DNA of 64,000 nucleotides from the human T2T-CHM13v2.0 reference genome, Homo sapiens, in NCBI RefSeq assembly GCF_009914755.1, contig NC_060940.1; one strand, given 5' to 3'. Positions 1 to 18,762 of this stretch are shown here, one piece after another. The notes under the pieces were generated by a model. That model was not told the DNA's origin, ran no database searches, and was given only the letters and a program-made list of their open reading frames with translations. How positions within the stretch are numbered: position 1 is the stretch's first letter; each line of letters begins with the position of its first letter. The translations under genes were made by a program, and so were the position numbers.

Positions 1-129
1 GAATGAGGACTCCAGTAATTTATACCAGTGCTGGAGCACAGGCTTGACAATGGCTGGAGCTCAGCCTCCACAGTATCTGTTGTGATTAGTGCTCAAAAGC
101 ATAAAGCATAAATGGAACTAAGAAGAAAC

Positions 130-530
130 AAGATGCTCAAGGTCTCCCCTTCAGCCTTCCTTCCAAGTAACAGAATCATGATTTGATGATTTGACCCCTT
201 CTTCTACCACCTCAATATTGAAATCTGTTTCCAATTCCCATTACCTTAGAGAACACCATCAGATGTCCATTGTATATCTCAGTTTCATTTCTTTCCAAAA
301 ACGAATTTAACTTGCCTTCCAAATAATTTTACTCCTCATTTTTAGCTCACTTTCTCCATGAATATCATCACCATTCACCCAGTTACCCAAACCAAGAGCC
401 TGAACAACATCTTTGAGTCCTTCTCCATCACACCCTACATTCAACCAATTGCCACCTTCTCTTTTATATACCTCCTTAAGTCACGGCCTTAAATTGGGAA
501 TGATCGTTTCTCATTTGGACTTGACTTCAT
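130..530 (+). mobile_element. L2 remnant
   Basis: accattcacccagttacccaaacc...catctttgagtccttctc...caccctacattcaacc resembles the L2 3' region. Confidence 0.5.
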
Positions 531-2418
531 GGTCAAATATGGCATCCAGAGATCTAGCCATTGCATCCTAATTCAAGACCAACAACAGGAAAAATGGGCA
601 AAGAAATATATGGTCCTCATTCTGAGAAAATGTCCATATTACTCTTCTCTTTGCATTCCTTGGCCAAAGCTAAATCACATGGCTTGGGTAGCTTCATGAG
701 AGATTGGGAAATTAGAGGGTTTTGGTTTTGTTGTTGTTGTTTAAAGCAGAGTCTATGTCACCCTAATTAAAATCAGTGTTTCATCTTTTATTCTTCCTCA
801 AATATTCAGTGTTAAAGTCACTAAAGGGCACCAACCAAAGTAAGCATCAACGAGAGGGGATAGGACAGAGATCTGGCATGGGGTGTTGAAGCCTAGAATT
901 GGTGCACGACCTAGTTCTAGTCACGAAAAAGCATCAGACAATCCCCAATTGAGAGCTCTTATACAACATAAATGGCCTGTATCTTCAAAAGTATCAAGGT
1001 CAAGAAAGTAACAAAGAGACTGATGAATCTGCCGGAATAAGACGTGACAATTAAATGCTATGATAATCTTGCCCTGCAAGATTATAAAGGACATTATTGG
1101 GATGGTCAGTGAAACCTGAATGGGGCCTTTGGATTAGATGGTGGTAATGTATCAATGTTATAATAATTTCCTGACTTTAATGGTCGTATTATGGCATATA
1201 GGAGAAGGTCCTTATTGCAAGAAACACACAGTAAAGTATTGGGAAACGATTCGAGGAGAGGGAAAACTTAATTGTACTTTTCTTCCAACTATTGTCTCAG
1301 TTTGAAATTTTTCCCCCGAAAATAAGGTGTTATTTCAGAGAAGAAAAGGGAATGTAGATGTTTCAATATGTAAATAGTAGGCTCCACCACAGATGGTATT
1401 TAAATAATGTATCAGAAGAGGTCATCCCAAGGGAGTAATATTTAAATCCAGAGCCAAAGATAGAAAGCCATCCACGTGAAGAGCAAGGAGACAAAGTTTT
1501 CAGGCAGAAGGAACATGTGAGAAGTAGCTGAACTTGTTTTCAGAGTTATAACCCTAGCAATATGGTGGAAAATAACAAATAACTAGCAATGTGGTTGAAA
1601 TAAACAAACTGCTATTCCTTCAGAAACATGAGTAAGCACCACTGTGTGCAGGAACTTGCAGCAGTCAGCTAGATGCTGTAAGACAAACAACCCCAAATCC
1701 CAGAAAGAGCTTATTTCTCTGCCATGCCCGTATAGCTTGGCTGGAGCAGCTCTGCTGGAGGTTGCAGGTCTCAAGACATGCTGGGGCGGCTCTGCTCTAG
1801 ATGCATCTCATTTTTCTAGGACCAGCGACCAACTAAGTCATGTTTTTCTCATAGAGAAGGCAAAAGCACAAGAAGGCAAACTCATCACACGAGAGCATTT
1901 CAAGCCTTTCATAAGGGTTATGTCCTCTCACATCCCATTAGCCAAAGAAAGTTAAGCTCAACTCAACAGTCGAAGGGTAGGGAAGTACACTATGCCATCT
2001 CTCAGGGAAAAGGAAGTCACATAGCCTAGCTGAACATCAATGATGTAATAGGAGAGGGAACAAATATTTACTAAACAATAGTCTCATCTACCGTAAAGCT
2101 CAAATACTTCACAAAAGAGCCACCCTTAGAAATAGCTTTTATCTCATCTATTTTATGGGTGAGTGGGGAAGAAGGATGACAAAGCCCCTTTAAGAATTTT
2201 ATATACCCTAGACACATTCACTTTTGGAGGTCTCACCAGAAAGCATTTGAAACATGCTACAAATTTGCCTGTATCCTACATTAAATGGATTTTTGGCTCT
2301 AAACATTTTTTGAGAAAATTTTAAAATTCTGCTCCTGAAATTGTCTGGCAATAGGTGATTTATTTAAATTTAGATTGGATGTGATTTCTTGGTAATTGTG
2401 CATATTCAGGAGGTCTAG

Positions 2419-2834
<416 letters not shown>

Positions 2835-4164
2835 TAATTTTTAAGATATTCATTAATTTCAATTTTGTCATTTTCTCTTTTGCATTTTTAAGCCAATGTG
2901 TGTGTGTGTATGTGTGTTTGTGTGGTGTTTTTTGTTTGTTTGTTTGTTTGTTTGTTTGTTTTTGGTCTCAAACATTTCTGTAGATCTTGAAAAACGTATA
3001 GGTCCCGGGAAGACCCTATGCCTAACGGATTAAAAATGCACATGTTGCCTGGAATCAAAGCTAATTATTATTGGTTGGGAAATGGATACCCTCCCACTCC
3101 AGACTCCTCAGCACAGGAAAATAAGAGCAGCTAACTCCAACAGAACCCAATTCATTTAGGAGGCTCTCTGCCTCTGCATAAGGGTGAATGGTTTGGGATT
3201 GCTGCGCAGCAGAGCCCTTCATCTCATTCACGAAGCCATTCACACTGTATCCAGTCCATTTGTAAGGCAAATAAAAATGTCGTCTTCCAATCTTGGCTCA
3301 TTTCATCTTATAAGAAAAGTCTCCCGTCCGATGCCTAGCCAACATTTCCCTGTTGTGATTAAAGAAACAGCAGGTAATAAAAGCTGGACTAACGGTTGGT
3401 CCTCTAAGGACCAAAATATGATTGAAGAAGCAATAACTTACCCCAGTGCCCCCAAGGCAAGTTGTCTCAATAATGTAACAAAGCTATACTTAATGGCAAC
3501 AGAGCACGTTTCACTGATACTACACCGTAAACTGCCCGCTTTCAATTAGTTGCATATGTATTAAAGGGAGTCAACATATATTTACAGCAATCATTTCTAT
3601 GTATACAAGATGCCACAAAAATGTAGCTTTCTGCTCCTTCTGGTCATTTGGCCACATAGGAATAATCACCAACCATAGATGCAATTCTGGAAAAGTCATT
3701 AATGCTCATCTCTATGGTTGCAAGAGATTATTGGGCTTCTATTTCATGCCAAGGCACTTTACATATGTAAATAATGGTGCATGCTTTGAATGAAGTCATG
3801 TTTTTGTGACCTACAATCCCCACTGGCTGCTGCAGCACCTGGCACATATTAGCCACTCAAGAAATTCTCGTTGAGTGAATAAATGAAACATTCAATGGCT
3901 CTGAGACCCTACCTTTCAGATTATCAGCACCATGACCCTGCTTTTGAGACCCCTACTCTCTCTCCCTTCCCTATTATCTCTTGGTGAATATTGGGGAATG
4001 GCTCACCTGAACTGCCCCACGATTTCATGCCTGTTTTCGCCATTACCTGTCACCTTACCTGGCCACAGTCATTCCTTCCAAAGCCACTATTCACATCTCT
4101 ATCAGATGCTCTGCAGTTCTGGGGCTCCTGCCTCTTGGGACAAGGCTAGTACTGTCATACCAGG

Positions 4165-4710
4165 TGTGATGGTTAATATTGAGTGTCAACTTGATTGGAT
4201 CGAAGGAGGCAAAGTATTGATCCTGGGTGCGTCTGTGAGGATGTTGCTAAAGGAGATTTACACTTGAGTCAGTGGACTGGGAGAGGCAGACCCACCCTCA
4301 ATCTGGGTGGGTACCATCTAATCAGCTGCCAGCATGGCTAGAATAAAGCAGGCAGAAGTTGGAAAGAACAGACTTACTGAGTCTTCCGGCCTTCATCTTT
4401 CTCCTGTGCTGGATGCTTCCTGCCCTGGAACATTGGACTCCAAGTTCTTCAGCTTTTGGACTCTTGGACTTACACCAGTGGTTTGCCAGGGGCTCTCAAG
4501 CCTTTGGCCACAGAATGAAGGCTGCACTGCTGGCTTCCCTACTTTTGAGGTTTTTGGACTCAGACTGGTTTCCTTGCTCCTCAGCTTGCAGATGGCCTAT
4601 TGTGGGACTTCACCTTGTGACCGTGTGAGTCAGTACCCCTTAATAAACTCCCCTTCGTATATACATCTATCCTATTAGTTCTGTCCCTCCACAGAACCCT
4701 GTGTAATACA
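4165..4710 (+). mobile_element. Solo MLT2A-type (ERVL) LTR with 5-bp TSD CCAGG
   Basis: TG...CA ends; begins tgtgatggttaatattgagtgtcaacttgattgg; CCAGG at 4160-64 and 4711-15. Confidence 0.9.
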
Positions 4711-5002
4711 CCAGGCCAGCAGAAGGGAGACATTTGCTTTCCTGGACATTTTCTGTTCATTTTACATTTGCTCAATGAAAAAAATCAGGTTGCAATACAT
4801 ATATAAATAGAAAACACAGAGAGACATAAATATTTTTTAAAAAGAATCAGAAACATATGCCCCAAAATGCTAATATGATTACATCTGGGTGGTTAATATT
4901 TATTTTCTGTTTCTATTCTCTTTGTGTTTCCCCAAATTTGCTTGTTGACAGCACATGTGCATTGCTTTTGGCCAATAAATGTTTGGCTTATTTAAAGAGT
5001 TA

Positions 5003-5351
<349 letters not shown>

Positions 5352-5975
5352 TTATCTTGATGGCAGTTCAGGAACTTGGGAGATGAGGGCTGTTCTCCTG
5401 AAACCCTATAAGAACCCTCAGGTGGGTTATGCCACCCGTTCACTAATATCCCATTTACGGGTGAAGGGAAAGGTGGAGGAGACCAACCAACCCACCAGCA
5501 GTGGCCTCAGTCTCAAATAAAACTTAGTCCCTGAGTTAGAAGCCAACTTAACCATGGAGAGGAAAGAGTTCATCCGATGGGACTAAACCTGCTCACTTCC
5601 TTCCAAGAACCACCCCAAGGGTTCATTTCCCAGGCACCAGGAGCCACCCAGCTCCAACATGCTGTTTTCTGTCTTCTGGTGACTTATCACTTGTTGTTTC
5701 TTCAAGAATAAGCCTTCGTTGTTCCAAGTAAACATCTCAAATGCACACATTCTTAAAGTAGTAAGTCATGTATCCACCTGTGCATCCAACAAATGATTAT
5801 GTAGTGAACACCCATGAGGGACGTGCTGCTGTGTTCAATGCTGGGGACACCACAGGGGGCCACCCACGGACTTGGTTCCTGCCATCATGGAGCTCTCGGT
5901 CCAGTGGAGGAATTAGACATGAACCAAATAAAACACAGTCATGAATGTAAAACCAGAAACTAGAGTAAGTGCTCT

Positions 5976-6679
5976 TGAAACTGCCTTAGCAAAATTATGA
6001 CTGAGACAGTGAAAGAGATTTAACTTGATCAATTCCATCTTTCTTCTAACCTCCAAGCTGTCCTTATTCATTCTTGGGTGTAGGCTGACCTAACTTTGGG
6101 AGAAACTGAGTTCATGGTTCATAGTTTGTAGTTTAAAGCAAAGATGATAACAGCCCTTTCCCAAAGCAGACCTCCTTCTTGCCTGGGGACTAGATTGCCT
6201 TTGTTAGGACTAAAATCAGCCACAAGATTAGAAACTATGGTTTAGGAGTCAGGCGGCTGGAGGTTACAAGATTCTGACCCTCCCTAAACTGTTCCTAAGA
6301 TCAGTGCTTGAGATAATTTGCAGACCCTGCACGTGACGGGTCAGGTGGCACCACCCAGATCGATCAACTGGCTCATCTGATCTTGTGACCCCAACCCAGG
6401 AACTGACTCAGCGCAAGAGGACAGCTTCGACTCCCTATGATTTCTTCCCTGACCAATCTGCACTCCTGGCTCACTGGCTTCAACTAACCACCCCTACCAA
6501 GCTGTTCTTAAAAACTCTGCTCCCCAAATGCTTGTGGAGACCGATTTGAGTGATAATCAAACTCCAGTCTCCCACAATGCCCCTCTGCATGAATTACTCT
6601 CTCTGTATTCCAATCCCCCTGTCTTGATAAATCAGCTCTGTCTAGGCAGCGGGCAAGGTGGACCCAATGGGCGGTTACA
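5976..6679 (+). mobile_element. Solo LTR8-type (ERV1) LTR with 4-bp TSD CTCT, inserted in an L2-like remnant
   Basis: Begins tgaaactgccttagcaaaattatgactgagacagtg, ends gggcggttaca; CTCT at 5972-75 and 6680-83. Confidence 0.85.
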
Positions 6680-9600
6680 CTCTGTCGAGAAGGAACACAG
6701 GGAGCTGCGGAAGGCTTCCAGAGGAAGTGCCTGGGCTTTGAAGAATGAGCAGGCATTAAGTGGGCAAAAGAGCATGTGTGAGGGTACTGTGCAATGTGTC
6801 ACCACCCAGGGAGAGAGGAGAAGTGGACTATGAGGCTGGGGACATAAACACGGTCCTGGCCATGGAGGGCCTTGTAAACCCCATGAAGGATGTTTGCTCT
6901 TTATCCTAGTATCAACATGAAGTGATTAGAAGGTAGCAAGCCCTTGATTAACCAACAATTCTAGATCCTTCTCCAAACTTCTCTTTTAGGGAAAGGAAAC
7001 CTAGAAGTCAAAATATAAGGTGGTGGGATTTCAGTTGAAAAGGTGCCCAGGGTCGGCCTCGGGTCAGTCTATCTTTGGGTCTATCACAAACACTATATTA
7101 ATTGCCCCTATTAATCTTTCATCATGTGCCAGGCATTGTGATGATGTATACTTTATATCCATTGGCACATGTAAGCCTCACCACAAGATTTAGGGCCTAT
7201 CATTATGCCCATTTCACAGATGAGGAAACTGAGGTTCAGGGGGGCTTGTAACATGTCCCAAATGGTGTAGCTAGTAAGTGGCAATGCCGAGGCTCAAATC
7301 CCTCCAAAGATTCTCTCTCCAAAGGTCATTTTCCTTTCCCTAAGCCATGCTGGTGCATCTGGGGTCCTGGAAACTAGGAGATGATTTTCAGAATTATAAG
7401 ACTTAGGTCGTGCAAGCTTCTTAATCATCAAAGAAAGTCTGGAAAGAGAAGAAGATGTTTGCAGGAAGCTGCCACAGAAGAGAACATTTTAGACAGAGGA
7501 ACAGCATGAAGAACCGAACACACGTGGCATCCCCTAGGGGCCATGAATATAGCAGGGAGGCAACCACAGAGTTGGGAAGATCCAGAGAGAGGTGGGACAG
7601 ATACAGTGGGTCCTGAAAGTATGTTAAATAGAGTCACAGTGACACGGCAACCAGGAGTGGCAAGGGAGCCACAGACACACATGATTAGACACAACAATCA
7701 TGTTTTCAAGGCACAGCCCACTTAGAGATCACAGCAAGATGCTTTATCCAACCTCCACCGGCAATCAGAGCTTGAAAAAGGAGCATTGTCGTCAATCAAC
7801 TTCCCTTTGGGCAAAAGACACAGGCAAAGGAGAAGATACTTCACCCACCTTTTAATAAATGTGTCTTGAGGAGAGAGTTGGCCCACATAGTACAGTCTCC
7901 AAGATCTAAGACTCCACATGGGTAGTGGCAGGGGAGACAATGGGAACCAACAGGACATTGGCTGGAATCACAAGTCACACCTTCAGTAAACCAGAGGAGT
8001 CATTTCTCTCTCCCTTATTGACTCTGGGCCCTGGAGAAATGCCACAGAAATTCATGAGAAGAGGAGTTGAAGGTAGATGGCACTTGGACATTATTTCTGC
8101 CAGCCCATTTGAGTTCATCTGGTAAACATTTTGCATTTGGAAGTTGACATCGTTTAATAATAACTGTCAATGTCAATGATCAATGCCATCATAATGGCAC
8201 AAATACCCTTGTGGGCTTGGGGTTGGGAGGGGTACGGTGGGGACTGACTTCTTTGTCTCCTGTCCTTTCAATGGTTATAAATAATGATGATAATAATTTC
8301 TATTTGTGTAGCTTTGTGATTGCAGAGAGCTTTAGGCTTCCTGAGAGCTTTCACCTATATTACCTCAGCTGATCCCTCTACAATGTGCAGTATCTATTTT
8401 GGTCCCCTCTGGGAACCTGAGGCTTGACAAGGTCAGGAAAGGCCACACCATGGCCTGTTCCTGAAACAGGAACCACAAATGAAAATCCTTGTAGAGAGTC
8501 CAGGCAGATAACATAAGTGAAGAAAGGGAGGAATGAGAAGCAGTAGGGAATGGTGGGGTCTGTGGTGAATTGGAGTGCATGCCCCATTGAAAGACGGAGG
8601 TAGCTGCCTATCTTGTATCCACCAACTGTCTCCACGTGGGAACATGGGCCCAATGCTGTCAGAGCTTCTAATAAATTAAGAGAAGCTAAAAGCCAGATGC
8701 TATGTCAGTCTCCCAGTTTTTAAATGATCGCAACTGGGAGTCTTGCAACTCTGTCTCCCAGGCTGTAAGGCAGTGGCACAATCCTAGCTCACTGCAGCCT
8801 CGAACCCCTAGGCTCCAAAGATCCTCCTGCCTCAGACTACCGATTAGCTCAAACTACAGGCATCTGTCACCATGCGTGGCTAGTTTTCACAATGTTTATA
8901 GAAATGGGGCCATCTCACTATGTTGCCCAGGCTGGTCTCAAACTCCTGGGCTCAAGCAATCCTCCCTGCTCAGCTTCCCAATTAGCTAGAACTACAGGTG
9001 TGCACCACCACACCTGGCTACAAACTCTCCTTGTCACCCCCTGTTGACAGGTCTCTTTCCTTCACAGGCTGAGACAACTCCAATTCAACTCTGAATCCCC
9101 AATACAGGACCTGCCCAGGGAACAGGGCTCAGACATTTATGCTGGGAAATACTCAGCTTTTGGGGCTCAGCGTCCTTTTCTGCAAAAAGAGTTCCCCTCC
9201 CAAGAGGAAATCCCCTAAGCCTAAGGACAGGAGGTGATGGAAAGATGGATGGACGGGCAGATAGATGGATGGAAAAAAAATGGACAGTTGGAAACAGACA
9301 AGCTTGGTGGATGAGCAGAAATAAGCCTCATTCTCGCCTGACAACGGGACAGCCTGGGGGAGGGGCGGGACACACCAAGGCTCCCAGTTGACCCCCAGCA
9401 ATTGGACAAGAGAGTTTATAAACCAGCATCGGGGTTTTAGGAGCATTGTAAGCTGCAGAGTGCATGGGGTCTTCAGTGGGAAGCATCTCCTTCCCCATCC
9501 CTGTTCTCTGTCCTGGGGTTGCCCATCAAGCTAATCACATGTCCACCCCTGGGGTCCCTCTGGCCTCTGCCACTCTTCACCAAAGTACAGTTAAACTCCA

Positions 9601-10829
9601 GGGGCAAATGATGTGTTGGGGGTGTGGCAGACAGGGATTGTGTCTCAGCAGAGAGGGCACAGCACTCACAAAATAGCTTCAATAGTTCCAGGGTCAGTAG
9701 ATGTGCGCGAAGAGGAACCCCACATCGCAAGTGGCCTAAGCCTGGGGTAGGGTGAGCACTGCTCACTCCTGCCCAGAGGAGTAGCTGAGGGGCCTAAGCT
9801 CTAGCTCTGAGCCCACCAGCCATTCCATCCACCACCCACCTGAAACTGTTCTGTTGACCCACAGCAACTGGTCCTGGTGCCAGGCACAGAACGGATGCTC
9901 AAAAGATACGGTTGATCCTGTCTGGGTGCAGTGGCTCACGCCTGTAAACCCAGCACTTTGCGAGGCTGGGATGGGAGGATTGCTGGAGGCCAGGAGTTCA
10001 AGACCAGCCTGGGCAACATAGTGAGATCCCCATCTCTATAAAAATAAAAATTAGCTGAGCATGATGGTGTGCGCCTGTAGCTCCAGCTACTCGGGAGACT
10101 GAGGTGGAAGGATAGTCTGAGCCAGGAGTTCGAGGCTGCAGTGAGCTACGATCATGACACTACACTCCAGCCTGGGAGACGCAGCAAGACCCTATTTAAA
10201 AAAAAAAAAATGGTATGGTTAATCTGCCTTTACTGATTACAAATCAATAAATTTGTATTATCGTAATAAATCTGTCTTTATTGATTACAAGGCACTTTCT
10301 CATCCCCCATCACCTAAGACAACTGCATAAAGACCGCATGAGCTATAAAGACCATTTCCTTGCCCCAGGTCACACGGAGGAAAAGAGACAGAGCCAGGAT
10401 TTAAACCCCTGCCCCTGGCTTTCATTCCTTTGCTGTGTCCCTGCAGACCCGAGGCCCACCTGGGTGAAGAACAGGTGGGTGGACATTGGCAGTGTTCACC
10501 AGGGGAAGCATGCCAGGTGCAAGGAAACATGTGAGCACCTGTCCGTGCCCAATGGGTCTCTGTTTGTCTCCCTGCATCTTCACCCAAACCAGCTTCTCAC
10601 ACCCCCACGGCCACCACCACCACTCCAGGCCTCTACCTGGGCCCTTTAATGCCCCTTCCCCATTCCTCAAGAGCCCACTGGGGTCCCTTCCCTGATGGCC
10701 TGCTGGCCTCCTGCCTCCCTCCCTGACCTCAGCCTCCTCGGATTTTCAACAGCCTGGGGTTGCAGGCTGAGCTCAGCATCTGGCAGGGGCCTGGAAGAAA
10801 TGACCTCTAGAGGGCCCACACTCTCTGGG

Positions 10830-11606
<777 letters not shown>

Positions 11607-12989
11607 TGAGGCAGGGCTGAGTTTCAGAAGCTGCTTTTCATTCTCAGACTATGCTGAGCCTGGTACTGTGCACACAGCACATCTGAACTTTGTTCAACAT
11701 ATCCCTGCACCAACCTGGCAGGACGGCCTCAGGCCAGGGAGGAACCGGGGAGATGATGTGGGATGAGAAGAGAGATCAGACAGAGGCTGTCTAGACACAG
11801 TTTCCTGGCAAAGTCACCAAGAGCCCTGCGAGCAGCTGTCCACACCTCCTGGCACTCTCTGTATCTGTCCCGTCCCTGCCAGCTCCCCACCCGCCCAGTG
11901 CTTCACCAGCTCACCCCTCAGACACTGTCCAGGTGGGAACCATTCCCCTCAACTCCCTCCAGAACAACCAGATGGCACCTGCCAGCAGCCCTGGGAGCCA
12001 GAATCCCACCCACCTGACCCAAGGGCTCTATCTGATCTCAGCCTAACCCATGAATCAGGCCCTTTGGAGAGCCAAAGGAAAATTGGGCTTCCCTGCCAGC
12101 TGACTATGTGACAGTTCAGATGTCCCAGAGCACAGGAAAGAGGCAGAGACAGGGTCGTGAGGAGCCCTTGCTTCTCCTTCAACATCTCCCATAAACAGCT
12201 GGAGAGGGGCTCTCACAGGGTCCATGGGAAGAGACCAAGGAGGGGCATGGAGGAGAGGGGAGGGCTGAGAAGACCAGGGTGAAATGGATGAGGAGAAGGA
12301 AGCAGATGGCAGGGACCCTCCCATCTCCCACATGGGCCTCCTTAGGTGCTACTGGCCTTGTGCAAATTTGCACACTCACATTCACACATTTCTGTCTGCT
12401 TCTCTCCAATCTTTCAGATACCTAGCACACACCCCAGCCTCTAGAATCAGGTAGTCAGTCTAGCAGAGTCTTTAGCATTTGACTTCTGGGTTTAAATCCT
12501 GGCTTTAGCACTTCCTAGCTTCACGGCCCTGTTTAGGCAGTTTATATGCCTCCCTGAGCTTCCCAAATTTTGGGGAGGAATAAATGGCATAGCAGATGGG
12601 GAACATCTAGCACTGTCCTGCTATATCATAGACTGTGAAAGATCACTGTTTTTGTACTATTGGCCTTGCTTTGTAGTAATTATCATTAACTTTTTTTTGA
12701 GATAAGGTCTCACTCTGTCTCCCAGCCTAGTGTGATCATAGTTCACTGCCACCTCGATCTCCTGGGCTTAAGTGATCCTCCCACCTCAGCCTCCCAAGTA
12801 GCTGGGACTACAGGCACACACCACCACACTTGGCTAATCTCTCTCCTTTTTTTTTTTTTTTTTTTTTTTAGAGACCGGGTCTCATTATGTTGCCCAGGCT
12901 GGCCTCCCAAAGTGCTAGGATTACAGGTGTGAGCCACTGCACACGGCCTACTTTGTAATAATAACAAACAATACAGCCGCTACTTTTTG

Positions 12990-13495
12990 GTAGTTTCAAA
13001 CCATGATCCCAGAATTTTTTGATTCATCAAAAGGTAGAACCTATGTCATCTACCGTTGAATCCAGACTGTGCGATTGCTTGACCAATAGAATATAGAAGA
13101 AACGTTATGCGACATCCAAGGCTACATCATAAAATGTGACAGAGCTTCCACTGGGTTCTCCTTGTCTTAGAGCCCAGCCACCATACGATGAGGAAGCCCA
13201 AGTAGCTGAAGAGAGGAGAGGCCCAAACAAAGGAACCAAGTCCCCTGGACCACAGCCTAGCTGAGCTCCCAGCCAACCAGAAAGCGCCAACTTAGCAACC
13301 GCTAGAGGAGCCATCTCAGAAATGAATTCTGCAGCCCCCTGGTGAGCTCCAGCTGATGCCAAGTGGAGCAGGAACGAACTGTCCCCTCAACATCCTGCCC
13401 AAATTGTGGATGTGTGAGCAAAATAAATGACTGTCATGTTTTAAGCTACTACATGTTGGGTGGTTTGTTGCACAGCCATAGACAACTGGATGACA
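12990..13495 (+). mobile_element. Old MaLR LTR (MLT1 family)
   Basis: 3' end ttgtggatgtgtgagcaaaataaatgactgtcatgttttaagctact...gcacagccatagacaact is typical of MLT1. Confidence 0.6.
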
Positions 13496-15509
13496 AACAC
13501 ATATCTGACGCTTTATCCGTCATTGCCATGCTAAGCTGCAGATATTTTTGTAATCTACACGTTTAGACCTTTTCCAGCTTTTAGAGCTCACACTTCCCTT
13601 CAGTACACCTGCAAGCTCCCTGAATTCATTTTCATGTAATCCTCCACTTTTTTCCTTCAGCCGGTTCATGTTAGGTTTCTCTCATAGCCCCTAAACACAG
13701 TGCTCAAATACCAATAACCTGGATCCCATCTTGCAGCTCTGCAGGAAGCTGTTTTTGCACAAGGTTCTTCCACATTTCTGGGAACCCAGGAGATGTCTAC
13801 TTCAGCTACAATCTCTCCTGCTCGTCCCCTGTCCCCTCGGGAGGGTCTGGCTCAGAACAGATTTCACTGTGGGACCCAAGCCAACCTGTTAGCCACTCCT
13901 ACCCCAGGACGGTTGAAACAGTCTTTCAGTAACAAGACTTACTTTTGAAGGATGGAATTACAATATGGAAAAAATACAACTTCACAAGGTACACGTTCAG
14001 TTCATAGCAGCAGCCAAGACTTTGAAGGAAGAGTTCAAGTCGCCACAAAAACATAGCAGAGGGAATAGTACGGATTTTAGAGCCAGATAGTACTGGAGAC
14101 TTGGAGACTGCAGGGCTGGGAGGGTCACAGACAGTCCTGAGTTCAAATCTCCACTCCACCACTCATTGCCCACGTGACCTTGAGCAAGTTATTTAACCTC
14201 TCTGAGCCTCCATTTCCTCAAAGGCAAATTGGGGATAATAAACGCAGTGTTTGTGAGGATAGATAGGATGCATATTCTGCTCGTGGTTGTGCCAACCAAG
14301 GACACATTCAGAGTAAATTCAAGACTCTTCTTGAAGAGTCACGAGCACAGTGGCCCATGGCAGTAATCCCAGCACTTTGGGAGGGTGAGGCGGGTGGATC
14401 ACTTGAGGTCAGGAGCTCAAGACCAGCCTGGACAACATGTTGAAACCTTGTCTCTACTAAAAATACAATAAATTAGCAGGGCGTAGGCATGCCTGTAGTC
14501 CCAGCTACTCAGAAGTTTGAGGCAGGACAATCCCTTGAACCTGAGAGATGGAGGTTGCAGCCGCTGCAGTCCAGCCAGCCTGGATGACAGAGAGAGACTG
14601 TCTCAAAATACAAATAAAATAAAATAAAAAAAGAATGAGACTCTTCTTACTGCAAAAACTGACCTCTGCGGGGTGGAAACAAACAAACAAATGAGCAAAA
14701 ACCATTGTTCTTGCCTAGCTGTTAAAGAATATTGCGTTTTCTCATAACTTGACACGATACAGAAACATACAATGAAGAATCTGGTGGGTATTGAACTGTC
14801 AATTGCAAAATAATTATTCATCACTGCAGGTCCAGCCTGTTCTCCGGGAAGGACTGTTTGAATGTCCTGGGCCTCCAAGCCAAGCTCCCAGAGCCCAGAC
14901 CATCTCTTTGGCTAATGCTGGCTCTATCTCCTGAAGAAAATAGTTTGATGCAAGGAAGAACTTTCATTATCTTTTGCCCTGGAGCACCAGTAACTGTCTA
15001 CAAAGAGCAGAGCAAGGGAAGAAGGGCAGTGAGAAATTAATCTTTGAGTTTCCTCCTTGGTGATTCATCCATTTAGAAATGGGTAGATTCAGAGAAGTGT
15101 TTCTTCATCCGGTCCCTCTGTTCCCATGATCTCAAAAATGAAAAGGCAGCCAACCCTGATCACCACCCATCAGTCAGCCTCTTTTCACAAGTGGGAGGCA
15201 TGGGCTGTGCTGGACCAAGTGCAAATGCAAGACATGTCTCTAACAGGCCTTCTGGAACCAGGGGAAGCTGGTGGCTTGGATGCACCCACTGTGAGGTAGA
15301 GTGTTATACTGCAGCCCCCATAACCCTGCACTTCTCCAAGTCTATGATTATTTGACTCTGGAATCTGGTGTAGCACATCTGCTCAGTTGCTCAGTCATTA
15401 CTTACTGAGCACTTACAATGTGCCAGGACAGGCAGGGTATAAAGGATTGAGAATTGAACAAGGTAGTCAAGGTAGTATGATCCCTGCCCTCAAAGAGCTT
15501 GTTTTAGTA

Positions 15510-16045
<536 letters not shown>

Positions 16046-16304
16046 TATTCCAATGAAAGAAGCAGGCAGCTTAGTGGAAAGAGTGTGAGCTTCGGAGCCA
16101 GGTGGGCCTGGGTTCTCCCTTCCACTTTATTAGCTGCGTGATCTTTGGGGAATCACTTCTCTCTCTTACGCATACGTAGATTATTTGAAAATTATGGGTA
16201 GCAATCATATTTTTACAAGGTTGTTGGGTGAGCTAAAGATCAAATGTGTAAAGAACTGTGGCAGGCTGGGCACGGTGGCTCACACGTGTAATCCCAGCAC
16301 TTTA

Positions 16305-16604
<300 letters not shown>

Positions 16605-16892
16605 TTAATTCTTCTTGCTAACAGAACCCCAGTTCTTTCAAGGGTCCCTATCTCAGAAGTTGGGCTCAGTCCCTAGAGGGGGTGGGCATGCAAACCAGGT
16701 CTAGTTAATGAGCTATTTGAGGGAGGGGGCCCTCTGGGGGTAGAAGGTTAATAAAAAGTTTGGTTATTTTATTTTTATGCTTTTATTTTTTTAGAGACAG
16801 GACCTTGCTCTGTTGCCCAGGCTAGAGTACAGTGCCACAATCATAGCTCACTGCAGCCTCGAACTCCTGGGCTAAAGGAAGGTGGGGACTAG

Positions 16893-18255
<1,363 letters not shown>

Positions 18256-18266
18256 CTTAGGAAACC

Positions 18267-18762
18267 AGAGGTTCTCAAACTCAGTGTCCATCAGAAACCC
18301 CCGGAGGGCACGTTTAAACATAGACTATGGGCCGGGCGCAGTGGCTCACGCCTGTAATTCTAACACTTTGGGAGGCTGAGAGTTTGAGACCAGAGCATTG
18401 TTTAAGCCAAGAGTTTGAGACCAGACTGGACAACATAGCAAGACCCTGTCTCTACAAAAAATAAAAAAATTAGCTGGGTGTGGGGGTGCACACCTCTAGT
18501 CCTGGCTACATGGGAGGCTGAGGCAGGAGGATCGCTCGAGCCCAGGAGTTGGAGGCTGCAATGCGCTATGATAGTGTCACTGTACTCCTGCCTGGGCAAC
18601 AGAGACCCCGATTCTAGTAAATAAATAAATAAAAACATAGATCCCACCCCCAGAGTTTCTGATTTAGTAGGTCTGAACTGGGGTCTGAGAATTTGCAGTT
18701 CTTAAAATTGCCTAGACATGGCAGATGCTGCTGGCCTGGGGATCTCACTTTAAGAAGCACTG
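18267..18762. mobile_element. MER5A split by an Alu (~18330-18635, +)
   Basis: gttctcaaact...atcagaa...cccagagtttctgatttagtaggtctg...gagaatttgca...cactttaagaagcactg. Confidence 0.75.
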